A stretch of DNA of 41,913 nucleotides, from the sequence record SRR20825010_2951, one strand, 5' to 3'. The notes beneath the pieces are model-generated. The model ran no database searches, was not told the DNA's origin, and worked only from the letters and a program-made list of their open reading frames with translations. Positions 24,924 through 34,638 of this stretch are shown piece by piece; position 1 is the stretch's first letter, and the number at the start of each line of letters is the position of its first letter. The position numbers and the translations under genes were made by a program.

Positions 24924-26832
24924 ACCAGAACAGCTGGGGCCTTACCAGATCGAAAGTGTCATCGGTCGCGGCGGCATGGGGTCGGTCTACCGAGCCAAGC
25001 ATGCAAAGTCCGGTGAAGAAGTCGCCGTGAAGTTGATCGCTCAACACGTCGCCGATGACATGCGTTTCCGCCGACGGTTTGACGCGGAAGTCGAAACCCT
25101 TCGACGATTGCGGCACCCGGGAATCGTTCGCTTGATCGGTTACGGCGAAGAAGCCGGACAACTTTTCTATTCCATGGAACTGGTTCGTGGCGAAACGCTG
25201 CAAAAACGAATCCGGGATGTGAAGCGTCTGGGTTGGCTTCCAACGTTGGACATCGCATCGCAAGTTTGTTCCGCTTTGAAACATGCTCACGACATTGGCG
25301 TGATCCATCGTGACCTCAAACCTGCCAACTTGATTCTGACCGACGCCGGCGAAGTCAAATTGGTCGATTTCGGAATCGCCAAACTGTTTGGCTTTGGTGA
25401 GCAAACCCTGCACGGATCCGTGCTTGGGACCGCCGACTACATGGCCCCCGAACAAGCCGGCAGCCATTCAATCACACCTCGCACCGATTTGTATGCACTG
25501 GGCAGCGTGATGTACGCGATGCTGGCTGGTCGTGCTCCTTTCGCGGGCAAAAAGGTCACACAAGTCGTCGAGGCCCTGCAACGTGATCGCCCCGTTCCAT
25601 TGGATCTGATCAATCCGGACATTCCGGCCGAAGTCGTCGAGATCGTTCACCAGTTGCTTGAAAAAGATCCCGCCGACCGTCCACCGACCGCCCTCGCGGT
25701 CATGAATCGGTTGAAAGCCACACGCGCAGGATTGCAACGTGGCCGCACTTTGAACGAACAAGCTTCCCGCACGCAGCTCGGCGATGAAGACTTCACACCC
25801 GAATTGCCACCGAACTTGGCCGGCGATTTGGATACTCGCGGGCACCATCACACCGACGCCTCTCGCGAGGTATCGCCTGATTTACCGACCAATGAAACCG
25901 GTGGCGACCACCCGACCGGCCGACGCGTTTTGGCGGGCGACCACCCGAGCAACCTCGCCGATCCGCTGACCGATCCGGCGATGACCAGCACTAACGATTC
26001 GGCGACTCAATCCAAAGGCAACAACGAACCGGTCAAGACTCATTTTCAAACGATCGATTCCGATTCGCCTCCGGGCGGCTATCTGTCCGACCTGCATCGT
26101 GCCGAAGGCTCGGAATCCAATTGGGTCCAATGGGTTTCGATCGCCGGCATGGTTTTGATTCTGCTAGGTGGCCTGGGTTTGTTCGCTTACTCAATCCGAA
26201 CGCCATCCGCATCAACTTTGTTTGAATCCTTTCAAGCTGCTGAAGTCAACGGAGACCTTGGATCCGAGTCATCACGCATGACTCATTTTTTAGAAGCGTA
26301 TCCGGACGACGAACGTGCCGACCAAGTTCGCCAGTGGCAACGTTCGGTCGAACTCGAATCCACCTATCGACAGCTGAAAAACCGCGCACGAACCGCGGGC
26401 GGTTCTTCCAAGATGCCTCCTGCCGAACAATCGCTACTGCAAGCCTTGTCACTGCGAGAAACTTCGACCGCCGATGCGGCAAAGCAACTGCAAGCGTGGC
26501 TGGATGTCTACTCCATCGAAGTGGATCCTGAATCGGTGGGGTACGTTATGTCACCCGGCGACAAACTCAAGCACCGACTTCGACAACGAGAGCTCGAGCA
26601 ATTGGAACTGTTGGTGCGTGATGAACTCAATCGTTTGAAAGAAGATCCCTCGGACCACGTCGCCAACAGCCAGCGAGAACTCGCCCTCCGATCACGGCTT
26701 GCGACAGCGTTGAAACTTCCTCGCGACCAGAAAACTCGCGTGCTAAAAGGAATCATCACACTGTACGAAGACCAAGATTGGGCAGCAGAAATCGTTCGCG
26801 ATACCAAACAAGAACTGGAATCACTGGAGTGA
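24916..26832 (+). CDS. Membrane-anchored Hanks-type Ser/Thr protein kinase
   Basis: GRGGMG, VAVK, HRDLKPAN, DFG, GTADYMAPE, DLYALG; single TM (WVSIAGMVLILLGGLGLFAY); helical C-terminal domain. Confidence 0.93.
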   Translation: MAEPEQLGPYQIESVIGRGGMGSVYRAKHAKSGEEVAVKLIAQHVADDMRFRRRFDAEVETLRRLRHPGIVRLIGYGEEAGQLFYSMELVRGETLQKRIRDVKRLGWLPTLDIASQVCSALKHAHDIGVIHRDLKPANLILTDAGEVKLVDFGIAKLFGFGEQTLHGSVLGTADYMAPEQAGSHSITPRTDLYALGSVMYAMLAGRAPFAGKKVTQVVEALQRDRPVPLDLINPDIPAEVVEIVHQLLEKDPADRPPTALAVMNRLKATRAGLQRGRTLNEQASRTQLGDEDFTPELPPNLAGDLDTRGHHHTDASREVSPDLPTNETGGDHPTGRRVLAGDHPSNLADPLTDPAMTSTNDSATQSKGNNEPVKTHFQTIDSDSPPGGYLSDLHRAEGSESNWVQWVSIAGMVLILLGGLGLFAYSIRTPSASTLFESFQAAEVNGDLGSESSRMTHFLEAYPDDERADQVRQWQRSVELESTYRQLKNRARTAGGSSKMPPAEQSLLQALSLRETSTADAAKQLQAWLDVYSIEVDPESVGYVMSPGDKLKHRLRQRELEQLELLVRDELNRLKEDPSDHVANSQRELALRSRLATALKLPRDQKTRVLKGIITLYEDQDWAAEIVRDTKQELESLE

Positions 26833-26871
26833 ACCAAGCGACGGCTTCCGCGATCGTCCACCGCGGCAACT

Positions 26872-28278
26872 TCACTCACTGCTTTGCTCATCTGAAAAGA
26901 CTGGACCAGTGGTTTCGGTGATTTGATTCTCCGCGACGTCCTCGTCTTCGGTGCTGCCCTCGCTCGCGTTCGCTTCCTTCGCCTGAATCACTGCCTCTCG
27001 GGCTTCTTCGATGATCTCAATCAGCTCGTCGCGATGCTGTCGAGTTTTTTGGTCTCCGACCTCAAGCTCACGCAGTTTCTGAAACGGAACCAGCATGCCA
27101 TCGAGCGTCTCTTCGTCCTCGAACTGGAGACGCTCCCGAAGATATTCCAGACTTCCAGTGCCTTGATACCAGCCTTCCTGTCGCATCGCGATTTCGTCTG
27201 CTTGCACCATCAACCGGTCAACGATCCATCGTTCCGCATTGGTCGCCTGAATCGCATCGGCAATGAGCGAGATCTCCGGAAACCCATCCCCACGATCGGG
27301 ATGCTTCGGCGGAGGATCCCATACCACTGGGTACGCGTCTTCTCCTGCTGCTTGCATCGTCGCGATCGCTTCTTCGATGGCACCCTCGCGAAGCAGCAAA
27401 TCCACTTCTGTCGAGCGATTCAAGTTTGGTTGAAACAACGTTGCTGCGAACAATAGCAATGCTCCCGAAACAGTGGGCCAAAGCCAAACACTCTTTGGCA
27501 TTGAAACGTTGCCTCGGCCAACCTCCTTGAAGCGATGTTTCGGATTGCTCGACGTCCCGATGGACACCAACGCGACGAGCAAAACAGGAATGATGCCGTA
27601 GAAACATCCTCCCGCAACCGTCGATTGATAATTGACCAAGATCTGCTGAGTCTGCGTCAACCGAATCCCTCCCATCAACGACACCATCGACAACTGCGCC
27701 GAGAGAAGTGCAAAGAATGCAATCACCATGCAGGGGACCAAGATCCAAAACAGTGGCACCCACCATCGAAGACCAAACTGGATGGCAACGACGCGGCTGA
27801 ACAACAACACTCGCCAGATTGAAACGATCGACAGCAGCGTCAAATTGAAACGCAACGAGACAACTTCACCAGCCATGGTCTCGATGGGAATCGCATACAA
27901 CCAAGCGAGCGGCGCGGTCATCCAATATCCGACCAGAAAGACCCGGTAGTCTCGAATTCTGTCGCTTTGCGGGTCGCGTTTGACACCGGTCACCGCCAAA
28001 CAGATCTGCACGGTGAAAAATAAAACCGTGCAGATGACCAATGACGCGGCAAATGGACCGAGCAAATCCTGTGGTGCGTGCATCCAACTGACCGCATCGT
28101 ATTCGCGAGCCATGGCGGCGGTCGCCACCAAAGCAAACGCCAGCAAAAGCGACAGACGGCAACGCAACACGCGTCGGATCGACGACTCAACGCCAAACAG
28201 AAACAGCAACGGGTCCCGCAGTCGCATCGTCAAGGAATCACTGTTCGTCACTTGCTCACTGTCAGGTGAATCATTCAT
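26872..28278 (-). CDS. Hypothetical polytopic membrane protein
   Basis: About 7 hydrophobic segments followed by an acidic soluble domain; ATGA overlap with upstream radical SAM gene. Confidence 0.75.
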   Translation of the reverse strand: MNDSPDSEQVTNSDSLTMRLRDPLLFLFGVESSIRRVLRCRLSLLLAFALVATAAMAREYDAVSWMHAPQDLLGPFAASLVICTVLFFTVQICLAVTGVKRDPQSDRIRDYRVFLVGYWMTAPLAWLYAIPIETMAGEVVSLRFNLTLLSIVSIWRVLLFSRVVAIQFGLRWWVPLFWILVPCMVIAFFALLSAQLSMVSLMGGIRLTQTQQILVNYQSTVAGGCFYGIIPVLLVALVSIGTSSNPKHRFKEVGRGNVSMPKSVWLWPTVSGALLLFAATLFQPNLNRSTEVDLLLREGAIEEAIATMQAAGEDAYPVVWDPPPKHPDRGDGFPEISLIADAIQATNAERWIVDRLMVQADEIAMRQEGWYQGTGSLEYLRERLQFEDEETLDGMLVPFQKLRELEVGDQKTRQHRDELIEIIEEAREAVIQAKEANASEGSTEDEDVAENQITETTGPVFSDEQSSE

Positions 28279-29627
28279 ACCTGGTTTCTCGCAGCACGTC
28301 GGGAAGATCGAATTTTCTTTTGAATGGAATCGCGTCGTGCCTGAGCCTCCGGACGAAACACTCGCTCGATCAAGTCATTGAACTCGTTTTGCAATTGCTC
28401 GGCTGTCATCTGGTCAGGCTGGTAGACCACGTCGAACAACGTGTACCTCGAAAAATCACCGGGAAGCAAACGTTTCGATTGCAACAGGGTTCTGTAGAGG
28501 CTGGTACCTGGAAACGGTGTCTGCAACGTCAGCTGAATCTCACCCATCGGAGCCTCCTCCAAGAAGTCTCCCAGTCGCGTGATGGACTCCTTCGATTCTC
28601 CATCAGCTCCGACGATCAAGCATCCATTGACGACGATCCCGGCTTCTTGAATCGCGACAACCGCCTCCAGCATACGTTCCCAATCAGCGTTCTTGGCTCC
28701 CATGCCTGGATAGCGAAACACGCTGGATTCCAACCCAATCAATATCTGTCGACATCCGCTGTCTGCAATTTGATGAAGCAATCTCGGCTTTTTCGCGATT
28801 CGCCAGTCGGATTCGGTGAACCAGCGAGCCCCATGGTTCTGGAGCGATTCCAACATTGGTCCGTGATCGCGTCCACTGGCGAAAGTGTTGTCGTCAGCCA
28901 ACTCGATCCACGGCCGCGATTGTTGACCTGATATCGCCTGAAGCTCCGCTTCGAATCGATCGTCAGGTTTGACTCTGGCCGGCCCCAGCATTCGGCTCGC
29001 CGCGCAGAACGAACACGCCCATGGGCAGCCTCGCATTGATTGGATCGTGTACCGCGGTGGTGAGTGTTTCCCCAACAAGTCCCATCGTGGCAGCGGCGAA
29101 TCGGCAAGAGAGAACGATCCATCAGCTCGATAAGATGCCGCGGGCGTCCCTTCCATCACATCCGCCAACAACTTCGCAAACGTGCTTTCTCCATCACCCT
29201 GAACAACAACATCAAAGTTCGGACGGCAATGTTTGGGAGTCGCCGTCGCATGCAATCCGCCGATCACCGTGGTTACATTGTGACGCTGAACCAGTCGACT
29301 GATTCGTGCCGCTCGATCGGCCGAGGGAGTCAACGCCGAGAACGCCACGACTCGAGGCGAGTTCAACGAAGCTGTTCCTGACAAGATTTGATCGGCCACC
29401 TCGCACTCTGGAGTGACACCGTCATCCAAGACCAATTCGATGTCCCATGATTCCGGCACCAACGCCGCAATGGTCAGCAAACCAAGCGGAGGCAACTGTG
29501 AAAGTGCGGAAGCACGGCGTGCCAGTCCGGGCAGCTTCAATCCTCGCTGAAGCAATTCCTCATGTCCCACTCGCAATCCACTCATCGAGACCAAGGTCAA
29601 CTTTGGTTTCAGCACCGGCACCTCCAT
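28275..29627 (-). CDS. Cobalamin-binding radical SAM protein
   Basis: PPLGLLTIAA, VIGGLHAT, VVQGDGE (B12 domain); RGCPWACSFC (CxxxCxxC); DDNT, IGLES, TPFPGT; start ATG 29627 or GTG 29615 (after GGAGG). Confidence 0.9.
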   Translation of the reverse strand: MEVPVLKPKLTLVSMSGLRVGHEELLQRGLKLPGLARRASALSQLPPLGLLTIAALVPESWDIELVLDDGVTPECEVADQILSGTASLNSPRVVAFSALTPSADRAARISRLVQRHNVTTVIGGLHATATPKHCRPNFDVVVQGDGESTFAKLLADVMEGTPAASYRADGSFSLADSPLPRWDLLGKHSPPRYTIQSMRGCPWACSFCAASRMLGPARVKPDDRFEAELQAISGQQSRPWIELADDNTFASGRDHGPMLESLQNHGARWFTESDWRIAKKPRLLHQIADSGCRQILIGLESSVFRYPGMGAKNADWERMLEAVVAIQEAGIVVNGCLIVGADGESKESITRLGDFLEEAPMGEIQLTLQTPFPGTSLYRTLLQSKRLLPGDFSRYTLFDVVYQPDQMTAEQLQNEFNDLIERVFRPEAQARRDSIQKKIRSSRRAARNQV

Positions 29628-29715
29628 CGTGAATTGGATGACGACATCATCGCCCTGAACGTTCCATGATAAACTACTGCCGTCCCTTCCGAATTCGCTC
29701 CGTGAGTCTGTTTCC

Positions 29716-30495
29716 ATGAATCAACGTCGATCATCCTGTCTGCGTCTTCTGTGTGTTTGCATTGGTTTCGAAGCCGGTTTGTTGTGTTTTGGGTCTACGG
29801 CACTGGCCCAAGATACCGTCACGGTCAAACAACAATTTTTGATTCCGGAAACCAACGACTCCATGGCTGGCGAGGGTCCCGTCCGTCGATATGACTGGAT
29901 GAAGAATTTGTGGCAAAAACGTCGAGCCACTTTTGCTTCACGGCTACAACAAGATCAAAACGCGATCGTGTTTCTTGGTGACTCCATCACACAAGATTGG
30001 GGAGACGATTTTCGTGGAGCGTTCGGCGATCGAAAAGTTGCCAACCGCGGCATCAGCGGTGATACGACTCGCGGGATGCTGTATCGATTGAAAGAAGACG
30101 TTCTGGATGTGAACCCCAAAGCGGTCGTCATGTTGATGGGAACAAACGACTTGGAGGAGCACGCCACGCCAAAAATTGTCGCCGGCAACGTTCGCTTGAT
30201 TCTCAAAGAACTACAGGCTCACGACTCGGACATGCCAATCGTGCTTTGCCTCGTGATGCCAAGTAGCGAAACCAAATCACGTCCCGCCGGCAAAATCAAA
30301 CGCCTCAACAAACTGCTGGTCGAGATCGCCGCAGACAATGAAGGCGTTCATCTGGTCGATACATGGACGCCATTTGCGAACGAAAAAGGCGACGCAAAGG
30401 TAGAAGAGTTTCCTGACTTGTTGCATCCAAACGAAGTCGGCTACCAAAAGTGGAAGACGACGCTCGACCCCACTTTGAAGGAACTGAACCTTTAA
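29716..30495 (+). CDS. Secreted SGNH/GDSL hydrolase
   Basis: Signal peptide ending ALA; FLGDSIT, NRGISGD, GTND, DLLHPN. Confidence 0.9.
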   Translation: MNQRRSSCLRLLCVCIGFEAGLLCFGSTALAQDTVTVKQQFLIPETNDSMAGEGPVRRYDWMKNLWQKRRATFASRLQQDQNAIVFLGDSITQDWGDDFRGAFGDRKVANRGISGDTTRGMLYRLKEDVLDVNPKAVVMLMGTNDLEEHATPKIVAGNVRLILKELQAHDSDMPIVLCLVMPSSETKSRPAGKIKRLNKLLVEIAADNEGVHLVDTWTPFANEKGDAKVEEFPDLLHPNEVGYQKWKTTLDPTLKELNL

Positions 30496-30539
30496 AAGCC
30501 AGCACGCATCGCAACTCCGGCGAATCATGGCCCGGCGAA

Positions 30540-31526
30540 TCACTGCCCGGCGATCTTCGCGATGGTCTCTTTGATCATCTTCGCGACGGTCTCGAGGCTT
30601 TCTGCGTTCGGCACCAAAGATGAGGCAACCCACGGGCGTTGCTTGTCCTCGGCACGAAAGGCACATGGCAACGGAATCAACTCCAGCGAAGAAGCCTTCG
30701 CCAATCGCATGGCTCGCGGCATATGAAAAGCGCTGGTGATCAATCCCACCTTGAGCTCGTCCGGCGAGTCAGTGTTGTCCGGCCGAAGCTCGTTCGATTC
30801 CGAGGGCGGTGATTCCATCAACTGCTTAAGCGACTGCATTTCTGCTTGAGTGTTGACGCCTTCGATTCGTACGATCACATCCTCCGGCACGCCCAGCGAC
30901 ATCAGCAGTTGAGTCGACTGTTTCCACGGCGGTTCGTAGCCATCGGTGGACGATCCTGTCACGATGATTTTCCGAGTGGCCCCGGCATGGTACGCCTGGG
31001 CGGCTGAGATGACTCGTTCACCATCTCGCCCCAATTCGTAGAAACCGGGTGCCACAGCGGACGAGCCTCCGCCAAGCACAACCACGGCATCAAGCGGTCG
31101 ATCAAGATCACGCAGCTCGAGTGCTGGACTGGGTTCCATTTGCAACGGGCTCTCAACCCGGCCGCTCATCCAATTTGCAAAATCGCCGTTGCCGACCATC
31201 CACCAAACGAAGAAGCACGTGAACCAACCGACGGCCTTGACCACAGTATGAGTCCCACGACGCCATTGCCGGAACGCAAACGCGGTCAGGGCTAGCATCC
31301 CAAGCCACACCAAACCAACGGGCTGAACCAGATCCGTTCCGCATCGCATTCCGGCGACAAAACCTTGTTGCATCCATGTCACAACAACCAGCAACAAACC
31401 AAGAGCCGCCGGAGCGAGCAATGCAACAAGAACGTCGGACCAGACGGTTCGAGGTCCGATTGACGAGCCGGCCGGTTCGTCGGCGGCGGTCGAATGAGAT
31501 GAAGATGGAATCATCCCAAACATCAT
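30540..31526 (-). CDS. YdcF/DUF218 (ElyC/SanA-like) membrane protein
   Basis: N-terminal TMs; VVLGGG, IIVTG, NTQAE, ITSAFHMPRA, KETI; start uncertain. Confidence 0.85.
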   Translation of the reverse strand: MMFGMIPSSSHSTAADEPAGSSIGPRTVWSDVLVALLAPAALGLLLVVVTWMQQGFVAGMRCGTDLVQPVGLVWLGMLALTAFAFRQWRRGTHTVVKAVGWFTCFFVWWMVGNGDFANWMSGRVESPLQMEPSPALELRDLDRPLDAVVVLGGGSSAVAPGFYELGRDGERVISAAQAYHAGATRKIIVTGSSTDGYEPPWKQSTQLLMSLGVPEDVIVRIEGVNTQAEMQSLKQLMESPPSESNELRPDNTDSPDELKVGLITSAFHMPRAMRLAKASSLELIPLPCAFRAEDKQRPWVASSLVPNAESLETVAKMIKETIAKIAGQ

Positions 31527-31696
31527 ACTGACACACCGACAAATTTCCTGCCCAGCGAGCAAGAATCGCGGGATGAAATGGCCATGACCGAACGAGCAGG
31601 ATTTTTGCGTCAGGGACGGCCACGAAAAAACCCCGACCGCGATCAACCGAACAATCGCAGCCGAGGTTATCGGACTTTCAACGCTAAACTTCCCAA

Positions 31697-32173
31697 CTAA
31701 GGAATGGTCAGGTTGATTTCGTTCGAACCTGACTCAACCGTCACCATGTCTGGTAGCGTGACTTCCCTCGGTGGTTCCATCCCCTTCGAACGCGATCGCG
31801 ATTTGCTGGGACTCTCCGCAGGACCGCTGGGCATGCTGGGTGCCCCCATGCCTCCGGTCATAATTTTGACGCGGTGTTGCCCTGTGACCGCTCCCGGCTG
31901 ATCCTGAGCGTACTCCAATGTGTAACGTCCGTCCTGGTCCGTCTTGCCAAACGATTGCCGACCCGCAACAGGATAAAATGTGATCGATGCACCGGGGACA
32001 GGATTCCCTCCCATGCTCACCACGCCTGAAACCTCTCCGGTCTCGGGGCCCGATGGGCCGCAGCCGGACAACGTGCACAACATACCGATGAACAAGATCA
32101 ACGAGCTCAGCAATTGGTTTCGTTGACGTCGATTTTGATTTTCAAGCATTGCGTTTTGATTCCAGCTCATCAT
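31697..32173 (-). CDS. Lipoprotein with carboxypeptidase-regulatory-like beta-sandwich (typical DUF1559 partner)
   Basis: LSGC lipobox; VSGVV, GASITFYP, TDQDGRYTL, GAVTGQHRV, GSNEINL. Confidence 0.82.
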   Translation of the reverse strand: MMSWNQNAMLENQNRRQRNQLLSSLILFIGMLCTLSGCGPSGPETGEVSGVVSMGGNPVPGASITFYPVAGRQSFGKTDQDGRYTLEYAQDQPGAVTGQHRVKIMTGGMGAPSMPSGPAESPSKSRSRSKGMEPPREVTLPDMVTVESGSNEINLTIP

Positions 32174-33291
32174 TCGAGTCCTTCCATCGCCGACCGGTCT
32201 GCACGATCCATCAAAGCCGTGTAGATTTCGAACTGAATGCTGTCAGTGATGAACTGCACCGAACCGTCCGCCATCACGAACTGGGCACCACCGATGTGTT
32301 GTGATCGAAACGCGGTGTTATTGAATGCGGTATCCATTCCGTTCTTCTCCCATCCACCATTCCATCTCAATCCGCCCCACGATGGCCAATCATCGCCGGA
32401 GTAATTGATGGGGTAACGAGTCACGACATAGTTATTCTTCGCGTTACCAGCAGTCGCGGTTCCGCAGGACCACATTCCGCCAAGAGCAGCTCCGGCACGG
32501 TGATCGTTGAACGTTCCGTGAACGCCACCTTGCTCACCCACCGCGATCGTGTGCGACGTCCCGTCCAACAGCGAAGCGAATCGGGTCTCGGTACCAGGCC
32601 ACGGTGTGTCGAATCGCATCTTCATGCCGAAGAATCCGTTGTCAGCATGAACGCCACCCCAATCCCAAACTGCGGTTGGGTGATCATCGATGGTTCCGCC
32701 GGTGAAGTTGCATCCGCTGTTGCCGGCATAGTCAGGAATTTGAACTTCCAGATTCTCTGGCGCTCCCAATGCTTGAGTCGCATCGTTCGTTGGGTAGATA
32801 TTCGTTTTGGCGAGCACACTCGACGGGCACCAAAATCCCGGCACGCGTGCTCGATTCATCTCTTCCCAGTGAACAACCGGTGCGGCCCAACCAGCGTTCA
32901 TGTTGTCGAACGATGAGGCTGAAAAATCGATGCCGTCGTAGATGGCTGATTGTTCCAATTGCGGCAGGATGGCGATGAACCACGACGACTTCCGAGCCCA
33001 ACCATTCGCGGTGTAGTTCTCAGGTCGTCCCGATGCGGGAAACGATTTGAACGCGGAGTGATAGTTATGAAGAGCCAACCCGATCTGCTTCATGTTGTTG
33101 CTGCAACTCATCCGGCGAGCTGCTTCACGAGCAGACTGCACCGCAGGCAAGAGCAAACCAACCATCACTCCGATGATTGCAATGACGACGAGCAGTTCAA
33201 CCAAGGTGAAACCACGTCGTGTGCGAATCGTGTGATCGGTGCCGTCCGGACAAACGTGGGAACGCGATGACATAGTCGGATACTTCAACAT
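32170..33291 (-). CDS. DUF1559 prepilin-type N-terminal cleavage/methylation protein
   Basis: GFTLVELLVVIAIIGVMVGLLLPAVQSAREAARR, CSNNMKQIGLALHNY, DGTSHTI, H-X9-DG (HIGGAQFVMADG); start 33291 or 33273. Confidence 0.95.
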   Translation of the reverse strand: MLKYPTMSSRSHVCPDGTDHTIRTRRGFTLVELLVVIAIIGVMVGLLLPAVQSAREAARRMSCSNNMKQIGLALHNYHSAFKSFPASGRPENYTANGWARKSSWFIAILPQLEQSAIYDGIDFSASSFDNMNAGWAAPVVHWEEMNRARVPGFWCPSSVLAKTNIYPTNDATQALGAPENLEVQIPDYAGNSGCNFTGGTIDDHPTAVWDWGGVHADNGFFGMKMRFDTPWPGTETRFASLLDGTSHTIAVGEQGGVHGTFNDHRAGAALGGMWSCGTATAGNAKNNYVVTRYPINYSGDDWPSWGGLRWNGGWEKNGMDTAFNNTAFRSQHIGGAQFVMADGSVQFITDSIQFEIYTALMDRADRSAMEGLE

Positions 33292-33948
33292 CGGACTCTC
33301 GATAGAAAATTTCGGTTGGAAGGCGTCGAGCAACTCAACGCACTGGGTGACGCGGTGCAACGCAATCATCATTCCGTCGCGCAGAGGGCCCTTTTCGCGA
33401 TAACACCGTTTGCAAACCATTCGCTTGGAAATGCGCACAGGACAAAAAAGGCTCGGCGCAACGCTCTTCAAACCGACTTAAGCGGTGCTCTAAGTGACGC
33501 AAATCGCCCTCTATAGAACGCAAAATCTTGGTTTTTTGCCCGGTTCTTTCGTTTCCCATGCGGGACGACCGGCCCCCCACTTCTTTCCAAACATCAAACA
33601 CGCGTTGCAAATTCGCGTGGATGTCTAAAAACAGAGCGGCAACGCCCAAATTTCAGGCGGACGAAAGGCACATTTCCGTTGCCCTTCTCAAACGATCGCG
33701 ATCATTCGAACCCGCCCGCAAGTCGCCGACTCGGGATTGAGTTGGAGAGATGGGTGTGTTTCGACACACGGCCGCCTGGACACCTGGCCCCGCGTATCCG
33801 CCGCCAGTGTTCCCAAACATCGCCGCTTATGAAGACGCGTCAGACTTGCAGCAAACGTCAGGCGGACTCAATCGCATCGCGACGGTCAGCCGGAAGACTG
33901 TTAGACTGCATCGGTTGCATCCCAGTCGTTAAAACGGAGTCCACGGAC

Positions 33949-34638
33949 GTGTTGGTTGTTTCCGAGCTGTCAAAATCGTATCCCACCGCGGGTGAACCGT
34001 TGTCCGTCTTGCGAGGCGTCAACCTCGAGCTTTCCCCAGGACAATCTGCCGCGATTGTTGGACCGAGCGGAAGTGGCAAGACAACGTTGCTGCAAATTCT
34101 TGGCACACTCGACGAACCTGACTCCGGCTCAGTCCAAATCAACGGCCAAGACCCGTTTGCGCTCGATGCACGTGAGCGAGCCGCCTATCGAAATCAAACG
34201 ATCGGCTTCATCTTTCAAGATCATCATCTGCTGCCACAATTGTCCGTGACAGAAAACGTTCTCATTCCCGCATTGGCCAATGGAAAACCAACCAGCGACG
34301 ACGTGTCACGCGCAGCAGAACTGATCGATGCCGTTGGTTTGTCTCACCGAGCCACCCATCTGCCTCGCGAATTGTCGGGCGGTGAACGCGAACGTGTGGC
34401 CATCGCGAGAGCCTTGCTGATGCAACCGTCCGTTGTTTTGGCAGACGAACCGACTGGCAACCTGGATTCGAAAACTGCGAAGACGATCACAGAATTGCTT
34501 TTGCGTTTGCAAGCGGAGCAGAACACGGTGTTGGTGACCGTCACGCACTCGCTGTCGTTGGCCGATGAAATGAACGAGCGTTTCGAGCTGGTCGATGGTG
34601 CATTGGTACGCCGCGAACGATTCGGCATCACCGCATGA
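33949..34638 (+). CDS. ABC transporter ATP-binding protein (LolD/MacB-like)
   Basis: GPSGSGKT, IGFIFQ, LSGGE, LADEPTGNLD, VTH; GGAG upstream of GTG 33949. Confidence 0.92.
   Translation: MLVVSELSKSYPTAGEPLSVLRGVNLELSPGQSAAIVGPSGSGKTTLLQILGTLDEPDSGSVQINGQDPFALDARERAAYRNQTIGFIFQDHHLLPQLSVTENVLIPALANGKPTSDDVSRAAELIDAVGLSHRATHLPRELSGGERERVAIARALLMQPSVVLADEPTGNLDSKTAKTITELLLRLQAEQNTVLVTVTHSLSLADEMNERFELVDGALVRRERFGITA

Noticed and set aside
29628-29718. Head-to-head overlapping starts of the radical SAM and SGNH genes
   Set aside because: The radical SAM more plausibly starts at 29627 or 29615, leaving an ordinary divergent gap
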